Under the pieces are notes generated by a model. The model did not search any database. It was not told where the DNA came from and was given only the letters and a program-made list of their open reading frames with translations. A DNA stretch of 64,000 bases from Carpediemonas membranifera BICM. Its lineage: Eukaryota; Protista; Fornicata. The translations under genes were made by a program, and so were the position numbers. Location: the NCBI GenBank assembly GCA_019828565.1, contig JAHDYR010000003.1:372001-436000 (forward strand). The letters are read 5' to 3'. Within the stretch, counting starts at the first letter, position 1. Each line of letters begins with the position of its first letter. Below, piece after piece: positions 41,954 through 52,861 of this stretch.

Positions 41954-42882
41954 ATGGAGATATATACGATCAAAGCCTCCATCAAGCAAGCTTTCAGACA
42001 GAACTACACCGAAGAACGGAGAGTGGGGGATTACGCCGCAGCAAAATATCTCTACTCATGCCTGCTGGCCCGGCTCGCGGTTGAATGCTATGCGCAGCGC
42101 CGGCAACTCCCCCTACATGACGCCGACTTCCACAACGGACTGCTCACACATGTACGCGGCGGTCATCCGGGTCAGGCCTACGCGGCCATCGTGCCGCGTC
42201 GTTCAAGAGCACAAGACTAGTGAGTATCAACAACTCTATTAGGTTTGTGCTGGACAACGCGAACGACATTTTCGAGGCTGGAATGCGTAAGTCTTTCCGC
42301 CGAGTGCGCTTTGCGAACCACATCCTTCGCCAGAAGCACTTCGCCCGCTGCGGCCAACAGTTGGCTCGGGAGTTCGGTTGGCGTCGCCACCATCCCATCG
42401 CCACCCCCATTCGCCTGAAAGTCTTCTACGGGAGCTCGGGATTCACCACGCCTGCTGGTATGTTCATTCCTTGCGCGCCATATCGAAAGTTCGCGAGAGA
42501 GATAGTTCCCCTTCTCAAGAGGTATAACATTGTCGTCGATCTTAACATGGTTAACGAGGACCGCACCACCGTCGTCTGCCCTCACTGCCACGCCCCCTAC
42601 AAGCGAGTTCGTCCGCGTGATGACCAGCACGTTCACCCACATCGTGTGATGCTCTGCGAAAATCCACAGTGCCGTGGTGCTCAGTGGCGCGCAACAGTTC
42701 CTGATGCTCTGAATGTTGGTCATCGGGACAAGAGTGCTGCAGAGAACATCCTGTGGCGTTCTCTTGCCACGGAAGATGAGCTCAGTGGCTCTCCGTACAG
42801 TCGCACATCGATCCCGCGCCTTCCAACATCATTCCAGCATCATCAATTGGCTAACCGCCAACATTCGTCTACGGACGGATGA
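41954..42882 (+). pseudogene. Internally deleted Fanzor (eukaryotic TnpB/Cas12-like RuvC nuclease)
   Basis: C-terminal half: FRRVRFANHILRQK (bridge helix), VFYGSSGF...AP, VNEDRTTVVCPHC (RuvC-II + Zn finger), VMLCENPQC, HRDKSAAENI (RuvC-III). N-terminal piece MEIYTIKASIK is out of frame. The RuvC-I DPG region is absent. Confidence 0.8.
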
Positions 42883-43120
42883 TGTTGTGCAGTTTGGCAC
42901 TTTGATCGTTCCTTTCAGGCCCTGTCTGGGAGGTTCGAACAATTTATACTGCGCAACAATCCGGGTTTGACAGTCAGTGCCTCAATAATGCGTGATACTG
43001 CCCGATCTCCTTCTCGCGTGTCACTCCCACTACGAAGGAGATGCATTTTTGTGATGCAACCGTGTCGACTCATCAGCATTGTCCGTCATTGCCGTCTGTC
43101 CTCACAGTATCATCGTATGC
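42876..43120 (+). ncRNA. Putative Fanzor omega-RNA scaffold
   Basis: Overlaps the Fanzor stop. Stems 42876-42893/42948-42963, 42911-42920/42924-42933 (three G-U pairs), 43005-43013/43034-43042 (perfect 9 bp), 42993-43000/43105-43112. Confidence 0.55.
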
Positions 43121-43221
43121 GTGCTGGCCCAACAGTACCTTAGTTTAGTGACGCCAGGCCAGGCAGTACGACCGTGAGTGATGGGGACAGTTACGTGTGC
43201 GATAAATCATCCTTCACGGCC

Positions 43222-44427
43222 ATGTCGGGACTGACTAAAAGGCAGCAGCAAGCGTTAGAGGCATCTATTGCTGCCTACTTGAAAGAAACTGGCTATATGA
43301 AGGCGTTTGAGGCGTTCTCTGAAGAATCCACCGCTGAATTGAGTGAATCGAGGCCAAATGATCTCAAGCGGACTTGGATCGCCTCTACAGCACTCCAAAG
43401 TCGCATGCTCAAGCTTGAAGCTCAGGTTAAAGAGCAGACTGGTACGATCAATGCTCTTCGCTCTGGCAAGGCGCCCACGTCCACCTCCGTTTCTCTCGGG
43501 CCACCCTCGGACTCCCGCAGCCTCATTCAGACCAAGGGCGTGCATAGGGGTCATGTACACGCCATGGCTGTTCATCCTACATATACTCTCGCGGCCACGG
43601 CATCGGCTGATGGCACATTGATTGTCCATGATGTCGGAACGAATGAAGTTGACTCTATACTGAGGGGCCACACCACGGCTGTGTACTCAGTAGCAATGAA
43701 GGGCAATGAGGTGTGGGCAGGGGCCAAGGACGGGTCGATACGACTCTGGGTTTCCGGCAAATTATTCCGGACATTCACAGGCCACACCGGGCCGGTCACA
43801 GCCCTCGTCTCCTTGGCCGATGCGGTAGTGAGCGGGGGAGAGGACGGCACTGTCAGGATCTGGACCAGGGAGGGTCAGGGGGCCTTGGCAGTGGATGAGG
43901 GGCGTGTGTCGGCCATGGCTGTTGAACCTCGTTCGAATCAATTGATTGTAGCACGGGGGCAGGAGGTCGCCATGTATAAGCCGGACCTGGAGAAGATTGG
44001 ATCTTGCCAGGGGGCGTCTCATGTGATATCATGTCTGACGACCACAGCTTTTATTCCTGACCAGAAGATTGTCTCATCTGATTCCTATTCGATCATATCC
44101 GGCGACAGGTCTGGGTCAATGACTGTTTGGAGTCACTCCGGCGGCCTTCCCATCCGTGAGTATCCATCCATCGTCCAAGGATGGTCTGTAGGCCTTGGCG
44201 TCCTGGGTGATGGCCGCACAGTGGTGTGTGTGGGCGATCAGACCAACCAGCTTGTGCAGGTCAACCTTGGGACTGATGTAACAGTGGCCACGTCCCGTCT
44301 GCTATCGTCAGTGAGGGGACATTCGAGTTGCATGGTGGTGGGCCAGTACTTCGATGTTGCCCGGGTCATCGTGGGGACGGCAATGGGGCACGTGCTCGTG
44401 GCTGAGTGCACCGTGCCGCTAGGGTGA
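43222..44427 (+). CDS. LIS1/PAC1-like protein (LisH, coiled coil, WD40)
   Basis: LTKRQQQALEASIAAYLKETGY..AF..F, LKRTWIASTALQSRMLKLEAQV, WD repeats (LRGHT, FTGHT, TVRIW). Confidence 0.75.
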   Translation: MSGLTKRQQQALEASIAAYLKETGYMKAFEAFSEESTAELSESRPNDLKRTWIASTALQSRMLKLEAQVKEQTGTINALRSGKAPTSTSVSLGPPSDSRSLIQTKGVHRGHVHAMAVHPTYTLAATASADGTLIVHDVGTNEVDSILRGHTTAVYSVAMKGNEVWAGAKDGSIRLWVSGKLFRTFTGHTGPVTALVSLADAVVSGGEDGTVRIWTREGQGALAVDEGRVSAMAVEPRSNQLIVARGQEVAMYKPDLEKIGSCQGASHVISCLTTTAFIPDQKIVSSDSYSIISGDRSGSMTVWSHSGGLPIREYPSIVQGWSVGLGVLGDGRTVVCVGDQTNQLVQVNLGTDVTVATSRLLSSVRGHSSCMVVGQYFDVARVIVGTAMGHVLVAECTVPLG

Positions 44428-44493
44428 TGTTTATAAACCATATATCACGGATAATAATCACAAACTGGATTCAGCGCCTGGAAACACCTTGCA

Positions 44494-45140
44494 TTACCTT
44501 GATGATGAACCACCTGGTAAGGTGTGATGTCGCACCACTGAACCAAAATGGACCCGGTATTCCACAAAGGTAAGGTACCTTACCTGCTGCACATGTCATT
44601 TTGGAGTCATGTTCTCTCCAGCAAACGAAGTTAGCCGATTATAATCAGCAACAACAAGCTGACTGAGATCTTTACACGCGACATGATGGCAGCCCCGGAG
44701 TAGGGGGCCCTCAAGCTCTTACGAGTAGGCTGCTCTCGCGCAGCGAGACCGTTGTTGGCCGGGCTTCCTGGGCCAACGCACCTAACCAGCACGATCGATG
44801 GGACCTGCTGCGCCAACAGGCGATCCGCACTTCAATCGTTCTGCTGAGCCCTCGATCACGCTAGTCGAACGAACCACAGAGCGCAGCTCATGAGCAGCCA
44901 TTCGCATTCGTCCAATGCAGACGACATGACGTCAGAACAGCACGTCAAAACTGTTGACGCGCGACGAGCGTGTGACCGAGGAGGTAAGGTAACCGTAGGG
45001 AGGAACGGCGGCTGAGATCAAGGAGCGTCAAGCGTGAGCAAGAGAAGAATGCGCGCCAGCGGCGGGGAAGGAGGTGGCCATTCAGACTGGAAATAATTAG
45101 ATCAAGGTCAGTGGCGGATACGGCTACCTTACCTTACCTT
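44494..45140. repeat. Non-coding tract with dispersed GGTAA/TTACC motifs, including an 18-bp palindrome
   Basis: AGGTAAGGTACCTTACCT 44568-44585, AGGTAAGGTA 44982-44991, TACCTTACCTTACCT 45125-45139. Confidence 0.6.
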
Positions 45141-46232
45141 TCCTAAAAAGTAAAGTAAGCGCATTTTCGCGTGTAAGGAGTGGTGAGTGGGTAACTTAAG
45201 CTTCTCGTGTCGACGGGGCTTCTAGCTCTCTCAGCAAGACAAAGCCGCCTCTTCGACGTCCCTCAGCAGCTGCCGACGGACACAAGGGCCACAGTCGCGA
45301 CCAGTCGGACCTAGAGCGGAAAGAGCGCAGTAGTGATAAGCTGGACCAGTCCACCAAGTTCACACCTTCTCTGGACGACCTCGGGGTGGCTGGCAAGGCT
45401 GTCTCCTCCCAACCGCAGCCACTGAGCCCTACACCGCAGCCGACTGGGATCAGCGGGTTCCATGAAGCTATCCCCCCTATGTTGGCCAAGGTCGGTGGCG
45501 AGACTGCAGACCTAGCCCGAATGATTCAACAAGATATATTACAGTTTAACCCTAATGTATTGTTGCCCCAGAATAAAATGACCACATCAAAGTCAGGAGT
45601 CATGGTCAAAATTCAAACGAGGATGACAAGCCCTGTAGAGACCCGTTCGGCAGTAATACTGTTCCATGAACACGGTGTTAGTGCCCCAAAGATCGTGGAA
45701 CATTTAGAGCATGCCATATCCATCTCTACAGTCCGTAGAATCATCAAGGCCCACAGAAAGGCCAGAGAAGGAGCTACAGAGAAGAAGGAGAGGAAGAAGC
45801 GTATAACAAAGTTCGAACGGGACGGAAGAATCCTGCAGACAATCATGATGCGTCACGTGGAGCAAGATGACGTCGTAACAGTTGCTGCGATTAAGAAAGA
45901 GCTGGAACTCGCAACGACGACATCAATATCCTCGGAGACGGTTAGGCTGGCTCTCAAGAAGCTTGGATACAGCTACAAGCTCGGAGACAAGCGTTGGAAG
46001 GAGTGTTCTCCCATCCGCGAGGCGGAGTTCTGGGCGAACTACGCCGTATACGTGCGTGCCAGGCACGCAATGACCGATCTGGTCTTTCTAGACGAGTCTA
46101 GCTTTGATCCACATGACAGCCGACGGTATTCCTGGTTCCCGGCTGGACAGCACGTCGTCAAAACTAGCGGGGGAACTCACGGTAAGAGAATCTCTGTCTG
46201 CGCCGTACTCGGCTACGAGGGCATTCTACACC

Positions 46233-46356
46233 TGTGGTTCGTTTGACGAACTATGTTTACAGAGGAGAAGACTCGACACAATGGTGTCGAGGAGAAACTC
46301 CTTGACTAACTAATATCATATATAAATCTGTGTAATCTTGGGTGAGACCCATGACA
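46233..46356. repeat. LTR of element 2 (outer 3')
   Basis: TGTGGTTCG...CCATGACA. Confidence 0.92.
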
Positions 46357-46949
46357 CTGCCCCTCCATGCCTCAATGAGGCATGACCCCAGACAGCGTGA
46401 GCTTTGACGGCTGGCTACTGCCAGTGGGGGTGAATGTTGGCTCTTGGGGGCCGGTCCTGGTGGGTGCCAACCACCGATCGAGCCCCTTTTTTGCGACCTT
46501 GGCGGGGACACAACAAGAAGCACAACGACGTGCAAAATAGCACGGCTTACAATCGCGCGGTACCGCTGGGTTAGAAGGATCCTACCATAGGGGTTCTGCC
46601 CCTCCTCGGCTTTTCCTCGCCGAAAATCGAAATGTGACGTACCTTAAAATGCTTGGGTGCAGGTTATGGCCATCCAAACACAACGATGGTGAAACACCGC
46701 CCCTTTCCAACTGTTTGCGCCATTAATCAGGTTGGTGCTGAAAATGGCATTTTCAGGCCTCAACGAGGCCTCTACGGCGAGATACGAGCCTTTTTCTTTG
46801 CAGCGTGAATTCACACCACGACTACGCTCAGATAGAGCTACTAAACGACTAAACAACATCAAGACAACAATAAAGAGATCATAACTCCATGTTTGAGCGG
46901 CTTTCCATTCGGGATTGGGATGTTTCATTTTGCACCAATCTTGGTGCAA

Positions 46950-48041
46950 ATGGTGACGGAACATTTGGGGGAATTGGCGCGGTTGCTGCAGCTAGTAGCT
47001 TCTGAGGAATCTGATGATCCTCGAATGCGTTCTCTGCAGCGCCGTTGTGCAACATTGGGCTCCGACATCCAAAATCTGCGATCGTCACGCGTAGCGCCGG
47101 GCAACAGGAGGCGCAAGAGGCTTGTGCGCCGTCCCGTGTGTCACTCAGAGCCCGCTTCGTCGGTAGACGAGAGCTCGAACGATGACAGCGAAGAAGACGA
47201 ATCACCGACTTCTTCGGACGATGCCCCGGGGAATGACAGCTCCCCAACGCTGCCAGACGGCCAGCCCGAAGCCAACCAGCCTGCTGACGTGACTACTACG
47301 GTTCGCCAGCTCTCCCACGCCTCAGGAACGGACGTTTCGGACTTGAACCGGCTGGTCCATCGGCTGTTGGGCGAGCACGCCCATTCGATTGCTCTAACAC
47401 TCACTCCGCTTATGAATTCTCTCCGTGAACAGCGGTTCGAGCGTGAGTTCTCCCTCGAAGACGTCGAACGCCAACTTAAGGGTGTTTCTTGTGCGCGTCG
47501 CGTGTTGCTCGATCTTCAGGCCTTCATGAAACTTGCCCAGGCACTACCTGAACTGGACCTGCATCGCGCCGCCACTTGGCACCATGAGATGGACGCTATC
47601 CGACGCAAGCTCCCTGGTAGGGGTGACAAGTCCCTCTGCCACCTCCTGGCCTTAGCCGTCTTCCCGGGAGTCTATGGTTTGCTTCAAGAGGCTTGCTACC
47701 GGTCCTCTGATATACCGGAGATGGAGAAGCGATTCCGCTTGGTCATGCGGGTATTCAAAGCCCATCCACAGTGGGTACCGGTACTCATGACTACGGGCGA
47801 CGGAGGGCTCCAGTTCACTGATGAGCTCCGTACTTATCGACTGGAACGAGTTGTTGGCAGTCGCAATGGCCCGGGTGGTCGACTCCTCACGTTGAAATGG
47901 GAAGACTACAGGTTTGTGACACGGTCGTACCCGACGCCGGAGTTGCTAGAATTGCCTGAAGTGGTTGCGCACCTTGCTCGTCACGGGGTTGAACCGCGCA
48001 GTACTGGACCTGCCTTCGCTGGTCGGGGCCGCCGACTCTAA
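46950..48041 (+). CDS. Antisense accessory protein of element 2 with a C-terminal chromodomain (copy 1)
   Basis: Non-overlapping ORF of about 363 aa opposite gag-pol; NLS-like RRRKR; acidic Ser-rich tract; YRLERVVGSR..GGRLLTLKWEDY chromodomain. Confidence 0.75.
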   Translation: MVTEHLGELARLLQLVASEESDDPRMRSLQRRCATLGSDIQNLRSSRVAPGNRRRKRLVRRPVCHSEPASSVDESSNDDSEEDESPTSSDDAPGNDSSPTLPDGQPEANQPADVTTTVRQLSHASGTDVSDLNRLVHRLLGEHAHSIALTLTPLMNSLREQRFEREFSLEDVERQLKGVSCARRVLLDLQAFMKLAQALPELDLHRAATWHHEMDAIRRKLPGRGDKSLCHLLALAVFPGVYGLLQEACYRSSDIPEMEKRFRLVMRVFKAHPQWVPVLMTTGDGGLQFTDELRTYRLERVVGSRNGPGGRLLTLKWEDYRFVTRSYPTPELLELPEVVAHLARHGVEPRSTGPAFAGRGRRL

Positions 48042-48084
48042 CAACTAATCAACAATAAATCAGGCGAGATGAGAATAGGAGGGT

Positions 48085-51000
48085 TTACAACCCTTCCGAC
48101 TTGGCCTGAGCAGACGACAAGAAGTCATCCAGAGCAGCAGCGTCTCTAAGGGGAGCGGTATGGCTCCCAGGTAGCCTCGGAGTCTTCAAATCCTTGCCAA
48201 TGGACAAGGTACTCTCTCTTTGAGACCGAGCCCGTGCCACGCGACTTGGATATCCGGTCGATATACCACTCCTCCACGCCGGCGGCCGCCACCTGCTTGA
48301 TCTGTTCCTCTGATAGGGTGCCGGGGACGAACTTTCTGACGCGAGACGCATCGACCCGGATGGGTTCCGCTCCGGGCTGACCTAAGTCTTTCACCATGTA
48401 GGCTACTACAACACCGCTCTGCTTGACAGACGACACTCGTCGCATAGGCCCTCTCCAGCCCGGGGAAAGCTTGTTTGGAGGGCGCGAGGGATATTTCACG
48501 AGCACAAACCGTGACAAGATCTCCGTGCGGGTGGTGGAGGCCTTCGCCAACGCGTCTTCGCGCATGGCCAGGACACGTGCCTTGGCCAATTGTGTAGCGG
48601 CTTCGGCAGCGAGGAGATGCGACGTACGAGCTGCTGCCGTGCTGTTCTCGGTAACGTATAACTTCTCCGGCACCGCCATGTTGCTCCCGAACAGTATCTC
48701 GGCGGGGGAAAGGCGTGTTGGTTGTCTTGGCATGGAATTGACAATAAACTGCGCAACCGGTAAATGCTGACGCCAATTGCCGTTTCTGAGCTCAAACTTC
48801 CTTGCCTTGAGCACTCTCTCGACCATCTGGTTAGCTCTCTCAACCATTCCGTTGGACTGAGGGTGATGCGCGGTGGTAACGTGTGTCTCGAATCCCATGT
48901 CCTGTGCCAGCTTCTTCATGAGAGCATTATTGAACTCGGGACCTCCGTCAGACTGCAACACTCGTGGGCAACCGTAACGCAGCACCCATGTGTTGACGAA
49001 GGCATCCACGGCATCGCGTGCGGTGGTAGACTTGACGGGGGCTAGCTCCGTCCACCTGGGACACATGTCTATCATGACTTGGACGTATTTGTAGCCGTCA
49101 CGCTCCGGGAGCGGACCTAGAGTATCGATTGCCACCCGCTGGAACGGTGCATCCACAGCCGTGTGTAGACCGTCTGTTTTTTTCAACAGGCGGTCTCTCC
49201 AAGACCTGGCAGACAGGGCACTTGGCGACGTAGTCGTAAACGTCACGGCGAGTAACTGAGACACCGGCTTCCCGCAAACGTTCCATGGTTAACCGTCCGG
49301 AGAGGTGGGCGTTACCGAACAGGTGGGCTTTGCTGATCTCATCAACTGACGCTAGCGAGAATACGCGCGACAGACCGTCGGCTCCCCCGTTGTCTAAACC
49401 GGCCACGTGCTTCAATTCGAAATCTAGGTCTGCAATAGAATCGGCCCATCTACGCACCTTAGCGTTACTCGACCTATACATGTACAAGAGGTTGCGATGG
49501 TCGGTCAGGAGCTCGAATCTCTCCCAGGACAAGAACTTCCTCCACTTCTGAAGGGCTGACACAATCGCAAAGGCTTCCTTCTCGCCGACACTCCATCTGG
49601 ATTGGACGTCTGTGAAGGCTTTGGACATATAACACACGGGGCGACCCTCCTGCAGGAGGACAGCCCCGTACCCCACGTCGGATGCGTCAGTCATCACGAC
49701 ATGAGGTTTGGTCGCGTCGAACATCGCCAAAGAATCTGCCGAGCACAAGGCTTCTTTGATATCCGCTAGGGCAGCCTCTAGCTCTTTCTCTGGCACGGCC
49801 GTACGGTTAGTCGTTGCAGACACGAGTGGTTTGGCGCGGGTCGCGTAGTTCGGTACGAAGTCGCGGAAGTAGTTAAAGAATCCGACTAGACCCTGCATCC
49901 CCTTGACTGTAGGCGACAGCTTCATGTCTTGGATATCGTTGACTCTCTCTGGTGAGATCCTGACTGACCCCTCGGAAATGATCCAGCCGAGGAACTCCAC
50001 CTCGGCCCGACCGAACTGACACTTGTCCCTTCCGAGCTGGAGCTTGTACTCACGGGCGCGCTGGAGGACCTTCCTCAGGTTCTCGATGTATTCCTCTGGC
50101 GTGGCACCCATGACGATCACGTCGTCGATGTAAATGATGCAGGCGGTCCCAAGTAGCCCTCTGAACGCGTTTTCCATCGCTCTAAAGAAAGCACCGGCAT
50201 TGCGAAGCCCAAAGGGCATCCGTGTATATTGGAACTGGCCGAAGGTAGTCCTGAACGCGGTATACTTCCGGCAACGCTCAGTAAGGGCGATCTGGTGGTA
50301 GCCGGCAGACAGATCGAGCGTTGCGAACACTCGCTTACCCGAAAGTTGTGTGATAACTTCGTCAATTCGAGGGATGGGGTAATCAAATGGCTCTGTCATG
50401 GTGTTGACTTCACGAAAGTCGACGACAAAGCGAGTCTTGCCACCCTTCTTGGGTACGATGATAGTTGGGCTGGAATAGGCCGATTGACACGCCTGTATAT
50501 ACCTCTTGGCCAGAAGGGTATCGATGTGTTCCTTGACAACCGGGACCTTTGGGGGCGGAACATAGTAGGGACGTACGTGGACGACTCGATCGCCCTTGAG
50601 GCATAGGTCGTAGGGCTCAAGCTTGCTCGGTTCAGTACGGTCACGGAAGAGGTCTTCGTACTCCTTGAGCAGCTTGATCTGCTGGCTCGCGATACCATCG
50701 GGGGAGGGTAAGAGCCTTAGCTTCAAACTTGCTCGGGACGGGAGGATCGTCAGTTGCTTCGCTCTCCGAGTTGCTAGGCTGGGCCATTGAGGGCAGCAGT
50801 CCGATCTCTACCATCTGGCTGTAACCAAAACTGACTTCGTACGCAGTTTTGAGAACGAAAAGCGCGGATCTTCAGCTCGCAGCCACGTGGCGTGAAGGGA
50901 GATGGCCTCAACGTGATCTGCACCGATACGGTGCCTTCAGCTTCTCGTATTCCACCTGCCGTTTGGATGCGTACAGTATCGTGGTTGATCCTGGTAACGG

Positions 51001-52123
51001 CTGGCGAGGAGCACAGATCGGGAGATATCGTGGCACAGTCAGCACCAGAGTCTAGTAAGACCTTCACTTCGGCCTTCTCGATGACTCCATTGACTACAGG
51101 CAACGACCCTCCACCTGACGCAGCGGAAAATAAACACTTCGCCCCGTTTACTGGGGACTTAAAACGGCAGAACTTCTCGAGGTGACCCTGCTTCTTGCAA
51201 ACCGGGCATGTGGCACGATCCCGCGGGCACTTGAAGGATGGATGGCCCGTCTCGCCGCAGTTGTAGCACACCAGCTCGCGCTTGCCCTCTCCTCGTTGGT
51301 TCGGGGCTCTTGCGGCTGGCTTATCCTGATGATGAGGCTTGGCGATTGGCTTGGGGGCGGGATGGGTGGGTTCGTGGTGAAGACCGCGATGGGGTTTGCC
51401 CGACTTAGCCTTGGTTGACGACTGCTTGTCGGTCATTCCGATGGAACGCAGCATGGCACGGGATTCCTCGATATCGCGAGCGATATCAATCACCCGCGGC
51501 ATAGCCTGTTCGAGGGAGAAGCCTTCGGTGAGATCCTTAACCTTGTACTGAACGCGCGAATTATCGGGTAGCTTAAAGCAACGCGCGTAGGTGTCGCAGA
51601 GGATCTCAGAGTCTACCCCGGGATCAACAAGGGAGAGGAGGGTTCTGAACCGTCGGTTCACTCGAACCACCTCCTGCGGAGTAAAGGACGAGATGGAGAG
51701 ACGGAACAAGTCGAGACGGGCAGAAAAACGGGACGGTTGCAGTGCTCTACCGAGCCGCTTGAGGACGCGGTCGTCTTTAGCGAGACGCTTGGCCTTGCGT
51801 TTACGCTTGTGCGTCTTTCGGACAGCTGCGGTTAGGATGAGGGACTGCTGGAGGGGTTGCTCGTCGTCTTTAGGCGTTCCGGCTACTAGTGAACCTTCAT
51901 CGTTCACGGGGACAGAGGCCTCAGCCGAGGGGATGGCTTCAGAGGCCTTGGCGAAGAGGTTAAAGCCGAGAGCGTCAGCGTACCGTTGGACTTCGGTGTC
52001 AATCATGTCGGCAACGTCGGCATCACCGCCTTTGGCTCGGTACTCGGACAAATCCTCGGCGAATCGGACTAATGACTCAATGGTCGTCTTCTTTAGCATA
52101 GGCATATTGTTATAGAGCGTCAT
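48085..52123 (-). CDS. Gag-Pol of element 2, copy 1 (several homopolymer frameshifts)
   Basis: Two CCHC knuckles, LLDSGAD, YIDD, TDAS, HHCC, DDE integrase, EYLVHWQGF chromodomain. Confidence 0.9.
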
Positions 52124-52144
52124 CAAAACGTGGAATACTAGTAT

Positions 52145-52268
52145 TGTGGTTCGTTTGACGAACTATGTTTACAGAGGAGAAGACTCGACACAATGGTGTC
52201 GAGGAGAAACTCCTTGACTAACTAATATCATATATAAATCTGTGTAATCTTGGGTGAGACCCATGACA
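52145..52268. repeat. Shared middle LTR of element 2
   Basis: Identical 124-bp repeat. Confidence 0.92.
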
Positions 52269-52861
52269 CTGCCCCTCCATGCCTCAATGAGGCATGACCC
52301 CAGACAGCGTGAGCTTTGACGGCTGGCTACTGCCAGTGGGGGTGAATGTTGGCTCTTGGGGGCCGGTCCTGGTGGGTGCCAACCACCGATCGAGCCCCTT
52401 TTTTGCGACCTTGGCGGGGACACAACAAGAAGCACAACGACGTGCAAAATAGCACGGCTTACAATCGCGCGGTACCGCTGGGTTAGAAGGATCCTACCAT
52501 AGGGGTTCTGCCCCTCCTCGGCTTTTCCTCGCCGAAAATCGAAATGTGACGTACCTTAAAATGCTTGGGTGCAGGTTATGGCCATCCAAACACAACGATG
52601 GTGAAACACCGCCCCTTTCCAACTGTTTGCGCCATTAATCAGGTTGGTGCTGAAAATGGCATTTTCAGGCCTCAACGAGGCCTCTACGGCGAGATACGAG
52701 CCTTTTTCTTTGCAGCGTGAATTCACACCACGACTACGCTCAGATAGAGCTACTAAACGACTAAACAACATCAAGACAACAATAAAGAGATCATAACTCC
52801 ATGTTTGAGCGGCTTTCCATTCGGGATTGGGATGTTTCATTTTGCACCAATCTTGGTGCAA

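Noticed and set aside
41600-43200. TIRs/TSD delimiting the Fanzor element
   Set aside because: Only 5-bp matches (TACTG/CAGTA) were found; boundaries cannot be called from a single copy
45553-45554. Alternative TA TSD giving a longer TIR
   Set aside because: It does not restore the katanin reading frame; the TA at 45558-59 does
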